A DNA stretch of 64,000 bases from Macrostomum lignano (Eukaryota): NCBI GenBank assembly GCA_002269645.1, contig NIVC01000067.1:1054001-1118000 (forward strand). The letters run 5' to 3'. Positions within the stretch are counted from its first letter, which is position 1. Each line of letters opens with the position of its first letter. The notes under the pieces were generated by a model. It worked only from the letters and a program-made list of their open reading frames with translations, was not told the DNA's origin and did no database searches. Below, piece by piece: positions 36,966 through 50,574 of this stretch. Made by a program: the position numbers and the translations under genes.

Positions 36966-37750
36966 TTACATATCCAATAGAAAGTTCGACGTCTCCGATA
37001 CGTAACTTTTTGGTTGCAGGAACGTCCCTGATACGTATCCAATTTTTATGATCCTCTAGAAAGGCTCGTTTCTACAAAAATGGTGGAATAAAAAATAAAA
37101 AATAATACGAGCATCATCTGTTTACCACCTGACTCTCACCGGAGTCAGAAAATGTCAGACTAGCGCTCGCGTCTCGCGTTGATGAACCACCCGGTTTGTT
37201 TGATTTTTACGACGTGACTTGTGCCCTGGAATGTCTTGTAATTTTAGCGGCAATTTGATTTGCACCGACAAAAAAACTTTAATTAATTTATCGTAACGTA
37301 ATAAAGTGTTTCAAATCTGACGTCTGAATCTGAGAACTGACCAGGCCACTCCTTACTCCACTCTAAGATGATTTAAGAATAAGCTAGGCCTATGCTATAT
37401 CAATTTAAGCTCATGTTCATGTAAAAAGCAGCAGTACGGTCAGGACTTCGCTCGCTGGCACCACTAGGGAATTTGCAAGCGACAAGCTTTGATTAATATT
37501 AATAAAATCCACCTGTCCCCTACCTATACAACTCTACATAGGCCTACGTTCCTCAGACTCAGAGAATGTACTCAGGCAACAGAGTCTAAGTTTGCTGTGA
37601 TTTTTATTGCCTATTGGCCTACTATCAATTTTCAACTCTTCAATTATAATAATAATAGTAAACCTAGATCTTTTTTAATTTTTTTAACACCTGAATGGCT
37701 GAATTTATTTAATGTATATGTATTAAATTAGAAATAAATAGGTGGAGACA

Positions 37751-40700
37751 ATGGAAAAGTCAAAGCAGACTACACGAAAAGATGAAAATGGTCTTGAGGT
37801 AAGAGCAAAATTTATACCTTGACTAGATTGCCTTTATATTGATTGACTTAAACTAGGGGCCTATGTTATGCCATCTAGCTAGATGTATGAATGAGTAAAA
37901 ATTTTAGCCATTTTAATCATTTTTATAGTGGGATAATTGTGGTTATTAGTAGGCCCTATAGTATGGGCTATTGATTTAATCTAACTGAACATTTTATATT
38001 TTATTTCTAGATGAGGATCAGGATTATGTAGTAGTATATACCAAATCAAGAATCTTATCTCAGCTAAATGTATGCCAATGTATGTCAAAAACAAAAAAGT
38101 ATCTAAAATGTATGCCATAAGTTCTTTTTTAAAAAGGTCATTTGGTTTTCAAAAGTAGAGATTCCTAAGAAAGGCTTTCATATAAAGAGTTTTTTTAAAT
38201 ATAAATATTTTCATTTTAAACAAACTTAGATTATACCTATAGAAAGAATGAATGCAAAATTCACATTCTTAGCAATAGTTTATACTAATTTTGTTCATTG
38301 TTGATTTTAAAGAAGCAATAGTTTATTATCAGTTCCGAGTCACTTCGTCATTTGCCATTTCGTCATCTGGGGTGTCTGGGGTGCTCACCTCGACTAGGGT
38401 CACTTTGTCATCTTAATTTGCATGCACTACCTCAAGAGAGTCATTTCATCGTCTACTAATCATAGTAGTTTCAACTTCCTAGTGAATTTATGTTGCAATT
38501 AAACATATTTACTTGGAATCCTAATGATACCAGTCATTTTGTCATCTCGATTGATAAAACCTGTCAATCTATTGGTTCTGCTTGCCGCAGCTTATATGCG
38601 TAATTAATAAAGACAAAAATAGTTTACACTAACTCAAATCTCACACAGATTGATGGGTTGATGACAAAGTATCCAGCATAAATAAATATTTGGTCATTTT
38701 GTAATATTATTTTTTCAAAGCTACTTTGCTTCTGGTCACTTCGTCATCCAATATGACGAAATGGAATATAACAATCTGACCAGTGACCTTATAATTATCA
38801 AATTTTTAGACTATATAAATTTTCCTTTATTTTGTACTCATATAAAAACATTAATTTACATAACAATTTTAATGCTCGGCATAAAAAGACTAGAAAATTT
38901 AAGTACATAGATTTTAAAATGAAGACTTTAAAAAAAGACAATAACTAAATAATTAATCCCATATATTTATATGAAACCAATAAGCCAGAATTGGATTTTT
39001 ATATAAAATCCTAGGCCCTAGCCATACTTTGGATCATATAGCCATTATAGGCCCTAGTATATACCCCAAAATTTGGGCATGCATCAGCCTTGCATATGAA
39101 TAGTTAGGCATGCACAATTAGTATATATATAGTATATTTAGATTATTCCAAAAAAACAATGTGCATACATATCTAGTGTATATACATACCAGGTGTGCAC
39201 TTTATAGAATCACATAAAATATTTAGTTGAAGTGGACAAAAGATTGAAAAGTTCATTTTAAGGCATTAATTTCAAGCTTTCCAGTTTTTAAGCTCATAAA
39301 AAGGCATTTTAACAAATGTTTGTACATGTCATGTTTTTAAAAATTCAACCAAATTATTAGCCAAAAGGGTCTTTTATACAGAAAGGTAATTTATTATTGC
39401 AATCCTAGCCTATAGATTTGAGAGTATGGGCATGCCATGTATCCAAATTTTTTTGGTATGCATTTGTAACTATTTAATTTTTGTTTAAGTGTGCACCTAG
39501 CATGATTTAAACTATAGAATTACAGATATATTCCATGTACTATGACAAAAATTGTGCATTTGCACACACATATTTGGCAATTTTGAGTGACTCTAAAAGG
39601 TTTATATATAGATTTTATTTGTTTAAAAAATTTGAATGATTTCTTTTGAAAATATTGAATATTGCATTTGTTGCAATAAAACATAGTTATTGCATTGAAA
39701 AGCAAAGCCATTAAGCATTACATTGACATCAAAAGATATTTATAAAATTTATTTTTATGTATTTGTTTAAACTTTATAAGAAATTTTAAAAATTAACCAT
39801 TTTTGTCAAAATTTATGAAATATCTAAACTACACATATTTATACTTTTAAAAGTTGATTGAAGCCTAAATACTGCCTCTGTTAATGTTCATAATTAATTG
39901 TAACAAAAATACAAGTAAAATGTATGAACATTTAACATAGAAATAATAAATAAACAAAGAAAAGAAAAAGAAAATAACAACAGTGTAATAATAGAAAAGT
40001 ATTAAGTTCTTTAAAACAAACTTTTTTAGGCACTAACAATTTTTTTGTCTTTTTTCAACTTGTATGGTATTAAATGTTGTTTTAGAGCATTATAACTATG
40101 TAAGATTTTATTGCTCTGCTATAAAGCATTTCTTATGCTTTTTGTAGGTGTCATGATTTGCTGTAAAAGTTTTTGTATTGGTCTAATCAAATTTTACATT
40201 ATTTTTATTTTTTTCAGTTTTAAGGTGGAGACTTTTTGTGTTCTGTTTTGATGGAAATACCCAGATAATATATAGATACCAGCAGTATTTGGCACTTAAT
40301 GAAAATCTTAACTTGTACTAATGGCAAAAGCATTAGCATTAGAACAAAAATATTAACTCATTAACTCTTAATTTCATTAAGTTAACTGAAAGTCAACTGA
40401 TAATTATTAAATGTTAATCTGTTAAAGTTAACACAGTTAATATAGAAATCTTGCACTTCTTTTCAAAGCAGACTTCACAATGCATTGTCTTTGTTTTGTA
40501 TTTTTTTTAGCAAAACACAGAGGTCATCCTTTGAGGTCGAGGTTGTTCTTAAAATCTTTGCATCTTTTGGTCATTGACATTATCATTTATGTTAAAAATT
40601 AATTTATCATTAACTTACAAAATTATTAATGCAAATTCATTAATCCATTAGTGAGAAAATCTTAATGGCAGTCCAATAATGTCAATGAAAAATCTTCACA

Positions 40701-43700
40701 CTTATCAGTGCTTATTAGCAGATTAATGCTTATTAACAAACTGGTGCCCAACACTGGATACTAGTGCCAAGATTGTGTACCAGTGTATGCCAGAATGAAA
40801 TTTGCTTCCCTATCTTCTTTAGCTAGTTTGTCAAGGCTTATGCAATATAAGATTTCAAAATCTATGGGCTTTTAAGGTTTATAACATAGGTTGTAGGTAA
40901 GAAATTTTTCAATGCTAAAGAGATTAAATATTTTTAAAAAATTGTATTTTTTAAATAATCATGATTTGGGTAAAAATTAGCTGACTGAATTCTAAGATTT
41001 TAATGGGATGATAGCTTTTAATCATCAGTTTATTGGCTAAATTGTGACTCCAACTTTAATTGTGTCTTTATAAAATAAGATTCTCTTGCCATATGGTAGC
41101 ATAGCACAAGATTGCATTGCAACTTTATTATATTAGACTTAATTTAAATTGTTACCATGTAGTTGCACACTAACTTGACTGACTGACTAAGAAATTGGTT
41201 ATGTTATAGCTGCCTACTATAAATTTTTTACTTAAACTGACTTGATATGAGAACAATTTTATAACTGATAAAAATCCAGTGTTGGGCAGTTACTCAAAAA
41301 AGTAACTTGCATTACTGTAACTTAAGTTACCAATTTTTAAAAAGTAACTTATGTTAGCCTAGTAACTTTAGACAAAAACCTGGTAACTTTTAAGTTACTG
41401 TCCGTTACTCACTTCCGTTACCCATGTTATTAACAAAATTTTCTGCTTTTTTCACATTGCACATTTTTTCACATTGTTGTTACCAAAATTTGCCATTGGG
41501 CATTGGGATTAACCGATTACCAGACAGAGACAGGAATTGGCAACACAATGTGAGGCAAGTAGAAGGACCAATGGGCAATGGCAATCAATAATTAAAATTA
41601 TAAATGATAAAATAAACAAATATCAATAATTCAATAGAGTAAAATAAATAGAACTGTATAAAATGGTGTATTGTACTGCAGTGCCAGTGGAGGGACTTGT
41701 GGAGGCTACAGATGAATTTCTTTCTTTGGTTGTTTGTTTGAATCAAACTTGAAAAGTTTTAGTAACAAAAATGAAAGGCAAAAATATTTTACCGAAATTA
41801 ACAAAGTAAAACATGTTTCAAGTATTTTTCATTAATTAAGCGCAATACCATATGATACTATTCACTTAATTTTGAATTTAGGAATGAAAAATGCAAAAAC
41901 ATGTGACAACCGGCGTAATAGCTAAGCATTTCAGTTTTAAATTTAAATATTGCAATTGTTGCAAAGTTACTGTAACGGACTTCTGAAATTTGAGTAACTT
42001 ACCGTTACTCCGTTACTAAAATAAAAAAGTAACTTGCGTAAGGAACGCTTTACGAAAAAGTAACTTGCATTACCATTTGCAAGTTACTTGGTAACGGAAG
42101 TGCCCAACACTGTAAAAATCATGTCATTGGTTAATCAGGAACTAGCCTAAATGTTTATAGGCAGTCTGTGTTTTAGCTTTGATTTTTTAAAGTTTTTTAA
42201 AACTCAAAATGTACTTAACAAACCTAAATAAATGAATATAACAAGTATATGGGTAAGTAAATGTGGTAAGCCACTATAATATAGACAATGGTTGGTGAAA
42301 TGTCATTTATCAAATGGGAAACCACATGTTCACACTAGCTGGGATTTACACTAACCCTTCAATTTTATCAGACTTTTTTCTTCACTATTGTAGAGTCTGG
42401 CCGAAGTGTTCAGCTGCTTCATCTGCATGGAGCGACTCCGGGATGCCAGACTCTGTCCACACTGCTCTAAGCTGTGCTGCTTTGTCTGCATCTGTGTAAG
42501 CGAACAGTAATTCATTTTGTATGTTCAACTTTTAATTAATGCAGTTTTTAGCTTGGAAATATTGGGAAAGTTGGGGGCCCACTTTTTCATTTAGAAATTC
42601 CCGAAAGCTTTCAAGAATGTTGATCGCTAATGAACAGCGATCTGCTTTTAGCAAGCCTGCATTATCTGTCCTTAAGTGCAGTTGTTATGAAATTTTGATG
42701 GCAGCATAAGGCCGCATGTTAATTTACCATTCCAGCGTTGGATCACCGAACAGAGGCCTCAGTGTCCGCATTGCAGGTAAATAGACGCTTATATTTAAAT
42801 AATTTATTATTCTAAGGAAGCAAGAGTAAGTAGCTCAGTGGGTGCCTCGTCAGCCTTGAGCCTGTGTACATATCCGTGCTCTGGGGTCAACGGAATGGAC
42901 ATGCAGACTGCTTGCTTCCTCGCTGACTGTTGTCCTTGATTTGCTAAGCAGCCTATTATGGCTCTTATTGATTGGCACTATAATGTAATTGGACTTGTTT
43001 CAGAGCCCGCCTACGCATCCAGGATCTAGTGAAGTGCCGCTGGGCTGATGACGTCACCTCTCAGCTGGACCAGCTGCAGAATCAGCCGCCAAATTCGGCC
43101 CGTTCAGCTTCCAGCGGAGCCTCGACGTCCAGCGTAGGCGGCGCCGTGGGCGGCAGCGGCGGCGCCGGTCCCGACAGCGGCGCTGTTAGCGGCGGCGCTA
43201 CGGCCAGCGATCAGTGCGAGTCGCACAAAGAGAAACTGTCAGTATTCTGCCAGTCCTGCCAGCTGTCGGTGTGTCACAAGTGCGCCCTATTCGATGCCAG
43301 ACACGCGCAGCACAAGTTCGAGCCGCTAGACAGCGTCTACGAGAATCACGTCAGGCGCGTGCAGGAACGGGTGGATCAGCTGAAACGACGCAATATGGAA
43401 TTGACGGCTATGATACAGGAAGTTGTGAGTTGGTCAAAAAATGTCAAGTTAAACTACTCTCGATTCAGTAGTATGCTGTAATAATTGCACTTTATCCAGA
43501 TCTCTTATCAGCGCGACTGATTCGTCAGTGGCCAATAATAATAATAAAAATTATTATTTATTACTTGCCAGCCTATACTTCTGTTAGTAGAAATAGGAGT
43601 AAAACAGAAAGAAAAAAATGATTTTTAATTAGTTATATAGTTGATTATAGTAAATATACGTTTTTTTGTCCTTTTTATCTATACAATTTGATTAAATTTT

Positions 43701-46700
43701 CCAGGAAAAGAACATGGAGTCGGTGAAACAGGCCAAGGACGAACGGGTTCGAGAGATTCGCAACGCAGTCGAACTGATGATCACCCGGCTGGATAGCCAG
43801 CTCAAGGCTAAGCTGGTCACATTAATGACCCAACGGAATCATCTAGTGCAGGAGACTGAACTGCTCGAGGCTCTGCTCAATCAGGTTGAATACAAGGTCT
43901 GCATGCTGTCTAAGAGTCAATTAATAACAAAATCTGCCGAAATTCTCACCTTGTTCAACGAGATTCACAGGTAATGACAAATATATAAAAAAGTACTCAA
44001 CCTTATTTAGCAAACTTTTCCTGTGCAATTCTGTTTTGGATACTCAAATTTATTTGTAACGAGGGTGATAAACCACCTGTCACGAGGTAGGGCTAATACT
44101 CGTACCCCTCTCACCAGGTAGCGCTATGACCCGTGTCACCAGGTAGGGCTATGACCCGTGTCACCAGGTAGGGCTATGACCCGTGTCACCAGGTAGGGCT
44201 ATGACCCCTGTCACCAGGTAGGGCTATGACCCCTGTCACCAGGTAGGGCTATGACCCCTGTCACCAGGTAGGGCTATGACCCCTGTCACCAGGTAGCGCT
44301 ATGACCCGTGTCACCAGGTAGGGCTATGACCCGTGTCACCAGGTAGGGCTATGACCCCTGTCACCAGGTAGCGCTATGACCCGTGTCACCAGGTAGGGCT
44401 ATGACCCCTGTCACCAGGTAGGGCTATGACCCCTGTCACCAGGTAGGGCTATGACCCCTGTCACCAGGTAGCGCTATGACCCGTGTCACCAGGTAGGGCT
44501 ATGACCCCTGTCACCAGGTAGGGCTATGACCCCTGTCACCAGGTAGCGCTATGACCCGTGTCACCAGGTAGGGCTATGACCCGTGTCACCAGGTAGGGCT
44601 ATGACCCCTGTCACCAGGTAGTGCTATGACCCCTGTCACCAGGTAGCGCTATGACCCGTGTCACCAGGTAGGGCTATGACCCCCGTCACCAAGTCGAGCT
44701 ATGACCCCTGTCACCAGGTAGGGCTATGACCCCCGTCACCAAGTCGAGCTAGGATAACTAGAATAATAAAAATTCTCCCCCCAACAGACAGCCAATGGGC
44801 AGTTTCGTGAGCGCCCCAGTGCCGGCCGAATTCCAATCGGAGATTGTGCCCCAGTACGACAGCAGCACGTTTCGCATGGAACAGTTCAGCCAGCTGCAGC
44901 AGAGAGCAGATCCAGTATATAGCGATCCGCTGCTGGTTAGCGGCCTGAGCTGGCGTCTGAAAGTCTATCCTGATGGCAATGGAGTTGTGCGTGGCAACTA
45001 CCTGTCAGTGTTTCTAGAGCTCACTGCCGGCCTGCCAGAGACTAGCAAATACGAATATCGAGTAGAGATGGTGCACCAGCAGTCTCGCGATCCTACTAGG
45101 AATATTGTCCGCGAATTCGCGTCTGACTTCGATATTGGAGAATGCTGGGGCTATAATCGGTTCTTTCGATTGGACTTGCTCAGCAGCGAGGGATATTTGG
45201 ATAGTGACTGCCTGTTGCTCAGATTTCAGGTGAGCATGAGCTGGTATTTAGTCACTTTTTATATTCAGTGACTCTCCTGCATTCCCTAGCTGTCATATTC
45301 AGTGACTCTCCTGCATTCCCTAGCTGTCATATTCAGTGACTCTCCTGCATTCCCTAGCTGTCATATTCAGTGACTCTCCTGCATTCCCCAGCTGTCATAT
45401 TCAGTGACTCTCCTGCATTCCCTAGCTGTCATATTCAGTGACTCCCCTGCATTCCCTAGCTGTCATATTCAGTGACTCTCCTGCATTCCCTAGCTGTCAT
45501 ATTCAGTGACTCTCCTGCATTCCCTAGCTGTCATATTCAGTGACTCTCCTGCATTCCCTAGCTGTCATATTCAGTGACTCTCCTGCATTCCCTAGCTGTC
45601 ATATTCAGTGACTCTCCTGCATTCCCTAGCTGTCATATTCAGTGACTCTCCTGCATTCCCTAGCTGTCATATTCAGTGACTCTCCTGCATTCCCTAGCTG
45701 TCATATTCAGTGACTCTCCTGCATTCCCTAGCTGTCATATTCAGTGACTCTCCTGCATTCCCTAGCTGTTATATTCAGTGACTCTCCTGCATTCCCTAGC
45801 TGTCATATTCAGTGACTCTCCTGCATTCCCTAGCTGTCATATTCAGTGACTCTCCTGCATTCCCTAGCTGTCATATTCAGTGACTCTCCTGCATTCCCTA
45901 GCTGTCATATTCAGTGACTCTCCTGCATTCCCTAGCTGTCATATTCAGTGACTCTCCTGCATTCCCTAGCTGTTATATTCAGTGACTCTCCTGCATTCCC
46001 TAGCTGTCATATTCAGTGACTCCTGCATTCCCCAGCTGTCATATTCAGTGACTCTCGTGCATTCCCTAGCTGTCATATTCAGTGACTCCTGCATTCCCTA
46101 GCTGTCATATTCAGTGACTCTCCTGCATTCCCTAGCTGTCATATTCAGTGACTCCTGCATTCCCTAGCTGTTATATTCAGTGACTCTCCTGCATTCCCTA
46201 GCTGTTATATTCAGTGACTCCTGCATTCCCCAGCTGTCATATTCAGTGACTCTCCTGCATTCCCTAGCTGTCATATTCAGTGACTCTCCTGCATTCCCTA
46301 GCTGTTATATTCAGTGACTCTCCTGCATTCCCTAGCTGTCATATTCAGTGACTCCTGCATTCCCCAGCTGTCATATTCAGTGACTCTCGTGCATTCCCTA
46401 GCTGTCATATTCAGTGACTCCTGCATTCCCTAGCTGTCATATTCAGTGACTCCTGCATTCCCTAGCTGTCATATTCAGTGACTCTCCTGCATTCCCTAGC
46501 TGTCATATTCAATGACTCTGCATCCTCTTCCCCATCCCGCTAAAGCTACAAAGCAAATCTCTCCATAATCGCCGAAACGCCGCAGGTTCGACCGCCCACC
46601 TACCAGCAAAAATGCCGCGACCTCACCTGGTACGTGGCCCAATTGGAGTCTGCCCAGGATCAGCAGCTGAGCACCATCGCCCAGCTCCAGGAGCGTCTGG

Positions 46701-47629
46701 CTTTATCTGCTCGATCTGTCGCCTCCAGCACCGCGGGAGGCACCGCCGCCGCCGCCGCTGCTTCGACGTCCGTCGCCTCCTCCAGCCAGCAGCAGCAGCA
46801 GCCGCTGCCGCCGCCCTATCCGCCTCCCAGCGACCTTCCTCGCCGGCCCGCGTTGAACCGGTACTCTGCTGTATCTGGCGCTGCTGCCGCCGCTGCCGCC
46901 GAAACTCCGGTAAGCGATGACGCCGCCGAAGCCGAAGTCGACGATGTTGACGCTGGGGACCGTCTAGACGTCAGACGAGACGATGAAGAGGACAGCGTCG
47001 ATGATTTGCTGGAAACGCCGGCGTCGATGGCCGGCTTTAGTTATTCTTTAGACATGTACCGGTCCATCGATGGCACGGACGGCGATGATGATGATGATGA
47101 GGAGGAAGCTGACGATGATGATGCCCTATCCGATACGCCATACCGTAATCCCAATAGAAGACCAGACGAAGAAAGAAAGGAGGACAACCCCCAAGTGCCA
47201 TCTTTATCGCTTCAAAGAAGGTTCATCGCAGATTTGCATGATGACATCAGCGAAGTTCTGTCATCCGCCGCCGTCGCCGGCTCTATCGATTTAGCGGAGA
47301 ACGACATCGACGAGGAGGTCAACCTGTGCGACAATGATGTCGAAGCTACCTCTAGGCCGGCGTTGTCGGCGGCAATGGCGTCGGCGTCCAGTGTCGCAGT
47401 CGATGGCGGCGACGCCGCCGGTGACATCACTTCGCCGTCGGAGTCGCCCGATTTAATCGGCGGCGGCTTCGTGGACTCGTTTGTCGCCATGTGGCCACGG
47501 CCGCCAGTGTCAACGTTGACGTCCGCCGAGATGTCGGCCGACGCTGATTCGAATTGGCGGCCGACGCCGCCGATGCAGCAGCAGCAGCAGCAGAGCCAGA
47601 AACCGCCGCAGGCTGACGGTGCTAAGTAG
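37751..47629 (+). CDS. TRIM37: E3 ubiquitin ligase TRIM37 (RING, B-box, coiled coil, MATH, acidic tail), ~787 aa
   Basis: Exons 37751-37798, 42394-42495, 42736-42776, 43004-43424, 43705-43970, 44788-45229 and 46586-47629 total 2364 nt in frame. [33 protein letters not shown]...CPHC, B-box [51 protein letters not shown]...[14 protein letters not shown]. Exon 1 is less certain than the rest. Confidence 0.95.
41277..42112. mobile_element. Non-autonomous hAT-type DNA transposon (836 bp)
   Basis: TIRs CAGTGTTGGGCA / TGCCCAACACTG, perfect 8-bp TSD TAAAAATC (41269-41276 and 42113-42120), and subterminal GTAACT/AGTTAC repeats. Confidence 0.9.
44105..44750. repeat. 25-bp minisatellite TCACCAGGTAGGGCTATGACCCCTG, ~25 units
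   Basis: Direct reading; TRIM37 intron 5. Confidence 0.95.
45260..46520. repeat. 34-bp minisatellite TATTCAGTGACTCTCCTGCATTCCCTAGCTGTCA, ~37 units
   Basis: Direct reading; fills TRIM37 intron 6. Confidence 0.95.
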
Positions 47630-48724
47630 GCAGTTGCTGTTGCACCCTGTAGCCTTTCCTTTGTGGCTTTGTGGATCTGATAGGGGGTTAACTGACCCCT
47701 CTGACCCCCGTCTAGATCGGCCGTCATATGCAAATATAAAGGATGCTGTTTATGACGAAAGAAAAGTAAAATTCTCAATGTGATATTTGTGGCGCAGTTT
47801 AGTTTGTATACCTCTATATATATATATATATATACATTCATACATATGCATAGGACCATAAGCATACTGTCGTAGTGTTTTTCTTGGCCTATTTGTCTTT
47901 GTTTTTAAGTTGCAAATTAGTATTTGTTTATTAATTTACCCTCTAAATATTGGCGACCAATCGAAATGAAAATGTTTAGTATCCTTGATTTCTTACTGTT
48001 TTTAATGCATATATATACAGGTAGCATACATTTGACTATGCTGTTTTTAAGCTTCAATTCACTGCTGAGCGCAAACGTTTTTCTAATTACATACATATGC
48101 TGTATATAAAGTTGATACTCGATCTATTTAATAAAAATGAAACTGATTGACCCAGCAACAACTGCGCCCCATCGCCCTCTACCCGACCTGCTATACGGCA
48201 TAAAAGTTTTGCAAGTCTTTTGTCGATTCGTTTGTGCCGCGTGACAGCTTGAGGTGCTGGGGAGGGAGGGTAGTTGTTTCTGAGTTATACTTCCTAAGGC
48301 TGGTACCAAGATACAGGCGTATTGTTTATTGTTATTTAAAGAGTTAAAACCTTGTGACAGGTGGCAATACTGGTTACCGTGAGTTAGTTAGACAGGTTAT
48401 TGATTGGTAGGTGTAGCCAGCGCAATTTCTGCTTCTAGTAGAGAGGAGGTTTCTGTTTGCAGCTGATAGCGAGGGGGGGCAGACTTCTGTTATAGAATAT
48501 TGATAAGAAAGCCACAGGGAACTGTGTGTGCTGATATGATTGCCTGAGAGTGAGACTGGTCTGTTAATAGAATTATTTACTCGTAGCTAAGTGCTCCGCT
48601 TCTGTCATCAGTTTCTGTAAGCAGCCTAAATTCTTTCAAGTGTACTTTTACACTGCCATCTCGTTTGCATATTTTGCGTCTAGATGTTTTAGGACTTAGC
48701 ATATCTCTACCAGGATTCGAGTGT

Positions 48725-48852
48725 ATAAGTAGCAGGATGCAGGTGCATAGGTAACAGGATGCAGGTGCATAGGTAACAGGATGCAGGTGCATAGGTAACA
48801 GGATGCAGGTGCATAGGTAACAGGATGCAGGTGCAAAGGTAACAGGATGCAG
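48725..48852. repeat. 22-bp minisatellite GTAACAGGATGCAGGTGCATAG
   Basis: Direct reading; ends ~25 nt before the WDR82 ATG. Confidence 0.9.
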
Positions 48853-48877
48853 GTCCGCCTCGCATTGCAGCCCCGCC

Positions 48878-50420
48878 ATGCGCCTATTGGACTCAACCTT
48901 GTGCGGCTTCAAAACCGTCAAGGTGATGAAGGAGAACGCCGACAAGGTTAATTGCATCAACTTCGCCGCCAACGGCGACACCCTCATAGCTAGCTCTGAC
49001 GATGATCTCATCGTCATCTACGACTGCATCGAGGGTGCACCAAAGCGGACGCTGAACTCGAAAAAGTACGGCGTTGATCTCATCCAGTTCACCCACGCAG
49101 CCAACACCGCTATTCATTGTTCAACTAAAGTTGACGATACCATACGCTTCTTGTCGCTGCACGATAACAAGTACATCCGGTACTTTCCCGGGCACACTCG
49201 GAAGGTCACCTCGCTGTGTATGTCGCCTGTTGATGACACTTTCCTCAGCGGGGCCGCCGACCGCACCATCCGCCTGTGGGACCTGCGCTCGCCCTCCTGC
49301 CAGGGTCTCATGCACGTGACCGGCCGCCCTGTGGCCGCGTTTGACCCAGAGGGATTAATCTTTGCTGCCGGAGTCAATTCCGAGTGCATCAAGCTGTACG
49401 ACTTGCGCTCCTTTGACAAAGGACCGTTCGCCACCTTTAAGGTGAATTTTGTCACTGACTGATGCTTTGGGGAGCCGCTGAGTGTACATAGCATGTACAT
49501 ATACAGTTACACCGCTATGTACATTCACATGCGCATGTACACACCGACTCACCCCTATGTACATTCACGCATGAACACACCGACTCACCCCTATGTACAT
49601 TCACGCATGTACACACCGACTCACCCCTATGTACATTCACGCGCACATGTACACACTGACTCACCCCTATGTACATTCACGCGCACATGTACACACTGAC
49701 TCACCCCTATGTACATTCACGCGCACATGTACACACTGACTCACCCCTATGTACATTCACGCATGTACACACCGACTCACCCCTATGTACATTCACGCGC
49801 GCATGTACACACCGACTCACCCCTATGTACATTCACGCATGTACACACCCACTCACCCCTATGCACATTCACGCGCGCATGTACACACCCACCCGTCAAT
49901 CAATACACAAAACTGCTTCGCCAACCCGCAGGTCCCGGCCGTGTCATTCGGCGACAGCGCCGGCGGCCCGGCTGGTGGCGGCAACACGGCCGAGTGGACC
50001 CACCTGAAGTTCAGCCCGGACGGCAAGCTCATCCTGGTGTGCACCAATGGCTCCGCCATGCGCCTCATTGACGCCTTCACTGGCCGGGCTCTGCACGCCT
50101 TCACCGGCTACAAGAACTCTCGCCAGCTCAGCCTGGAGGCCAGCTTCACTCCGGACAGCCAGTTCGTCTTGGCCGGGAGCCTTGACGGCCGGGTGCACGC
50201 CTGGAACAGCGACACCGGCCAGAAGGTGACGGTGCTGAACGCCTACGAGGGCTCTCAGCAGCAGCCGGCGCAGCCGCAGCAGCCGCCATTGACTCCGACG
50301 TCGGCGGCGCCGCCGGAGGAGGTGGCGCCGATAACCTGCGTCCAGTTCAATCCGAAATACATGATGATGGCCACCGCCTCCAACTACATGGCCTTCTGGC
50401 TGCCCTATATTGACGAGTGA
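48878..50420 (+). CDS. WDR82: WD repeat protein 82 (Swd2, SET1/COMPASS and PNUTS-PP1 subunit), ~350 aa
   Basis: Exons 48878-49441 and 49932-50420. Signature segments [53 protein letters not shown] and C-terminal [10 protein letters not shown]. Confidence 0.97.
49510..49890. repeat. 36-40-bp minisatellite CACCCCTATGTACATTCACGC(GCAC)ATGTACACACYGACT
   Basis: Direct reading; WDR82 intron. Confidence 0.9.
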
Positions 50421-50574
50421 CCCGCTGCCCGCCCTCTGTTACAAACTGTATTTCTCGTCTCGCGTTCTCTCTGTACATATCGGACTGTTTAGATGGTCAT
50501 TATCCCCGGCTCCTGTGCTTGCTGTCTGTCAGCTAGACTCTAACTGTTTCTTGGGTGTTTTCGTTGTATTTAGC

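Noticed and set aside
48600-48630. ~20-nt match (TCATCAGTTTCTGTAAGCAGC) to the start of the 49-bp array at ~27990
   Set aside because: Too short and isolated to distinguish from chance.
47630-48877. TRIM37-WDR82 as an operon
   Set aside because: The 1.25-kb gap contains an AATAAA and plausible 5'-UTR donors (for example GTGAGT near 48379), so an independent promoter is equally likely. It cannot be decided without SL data.
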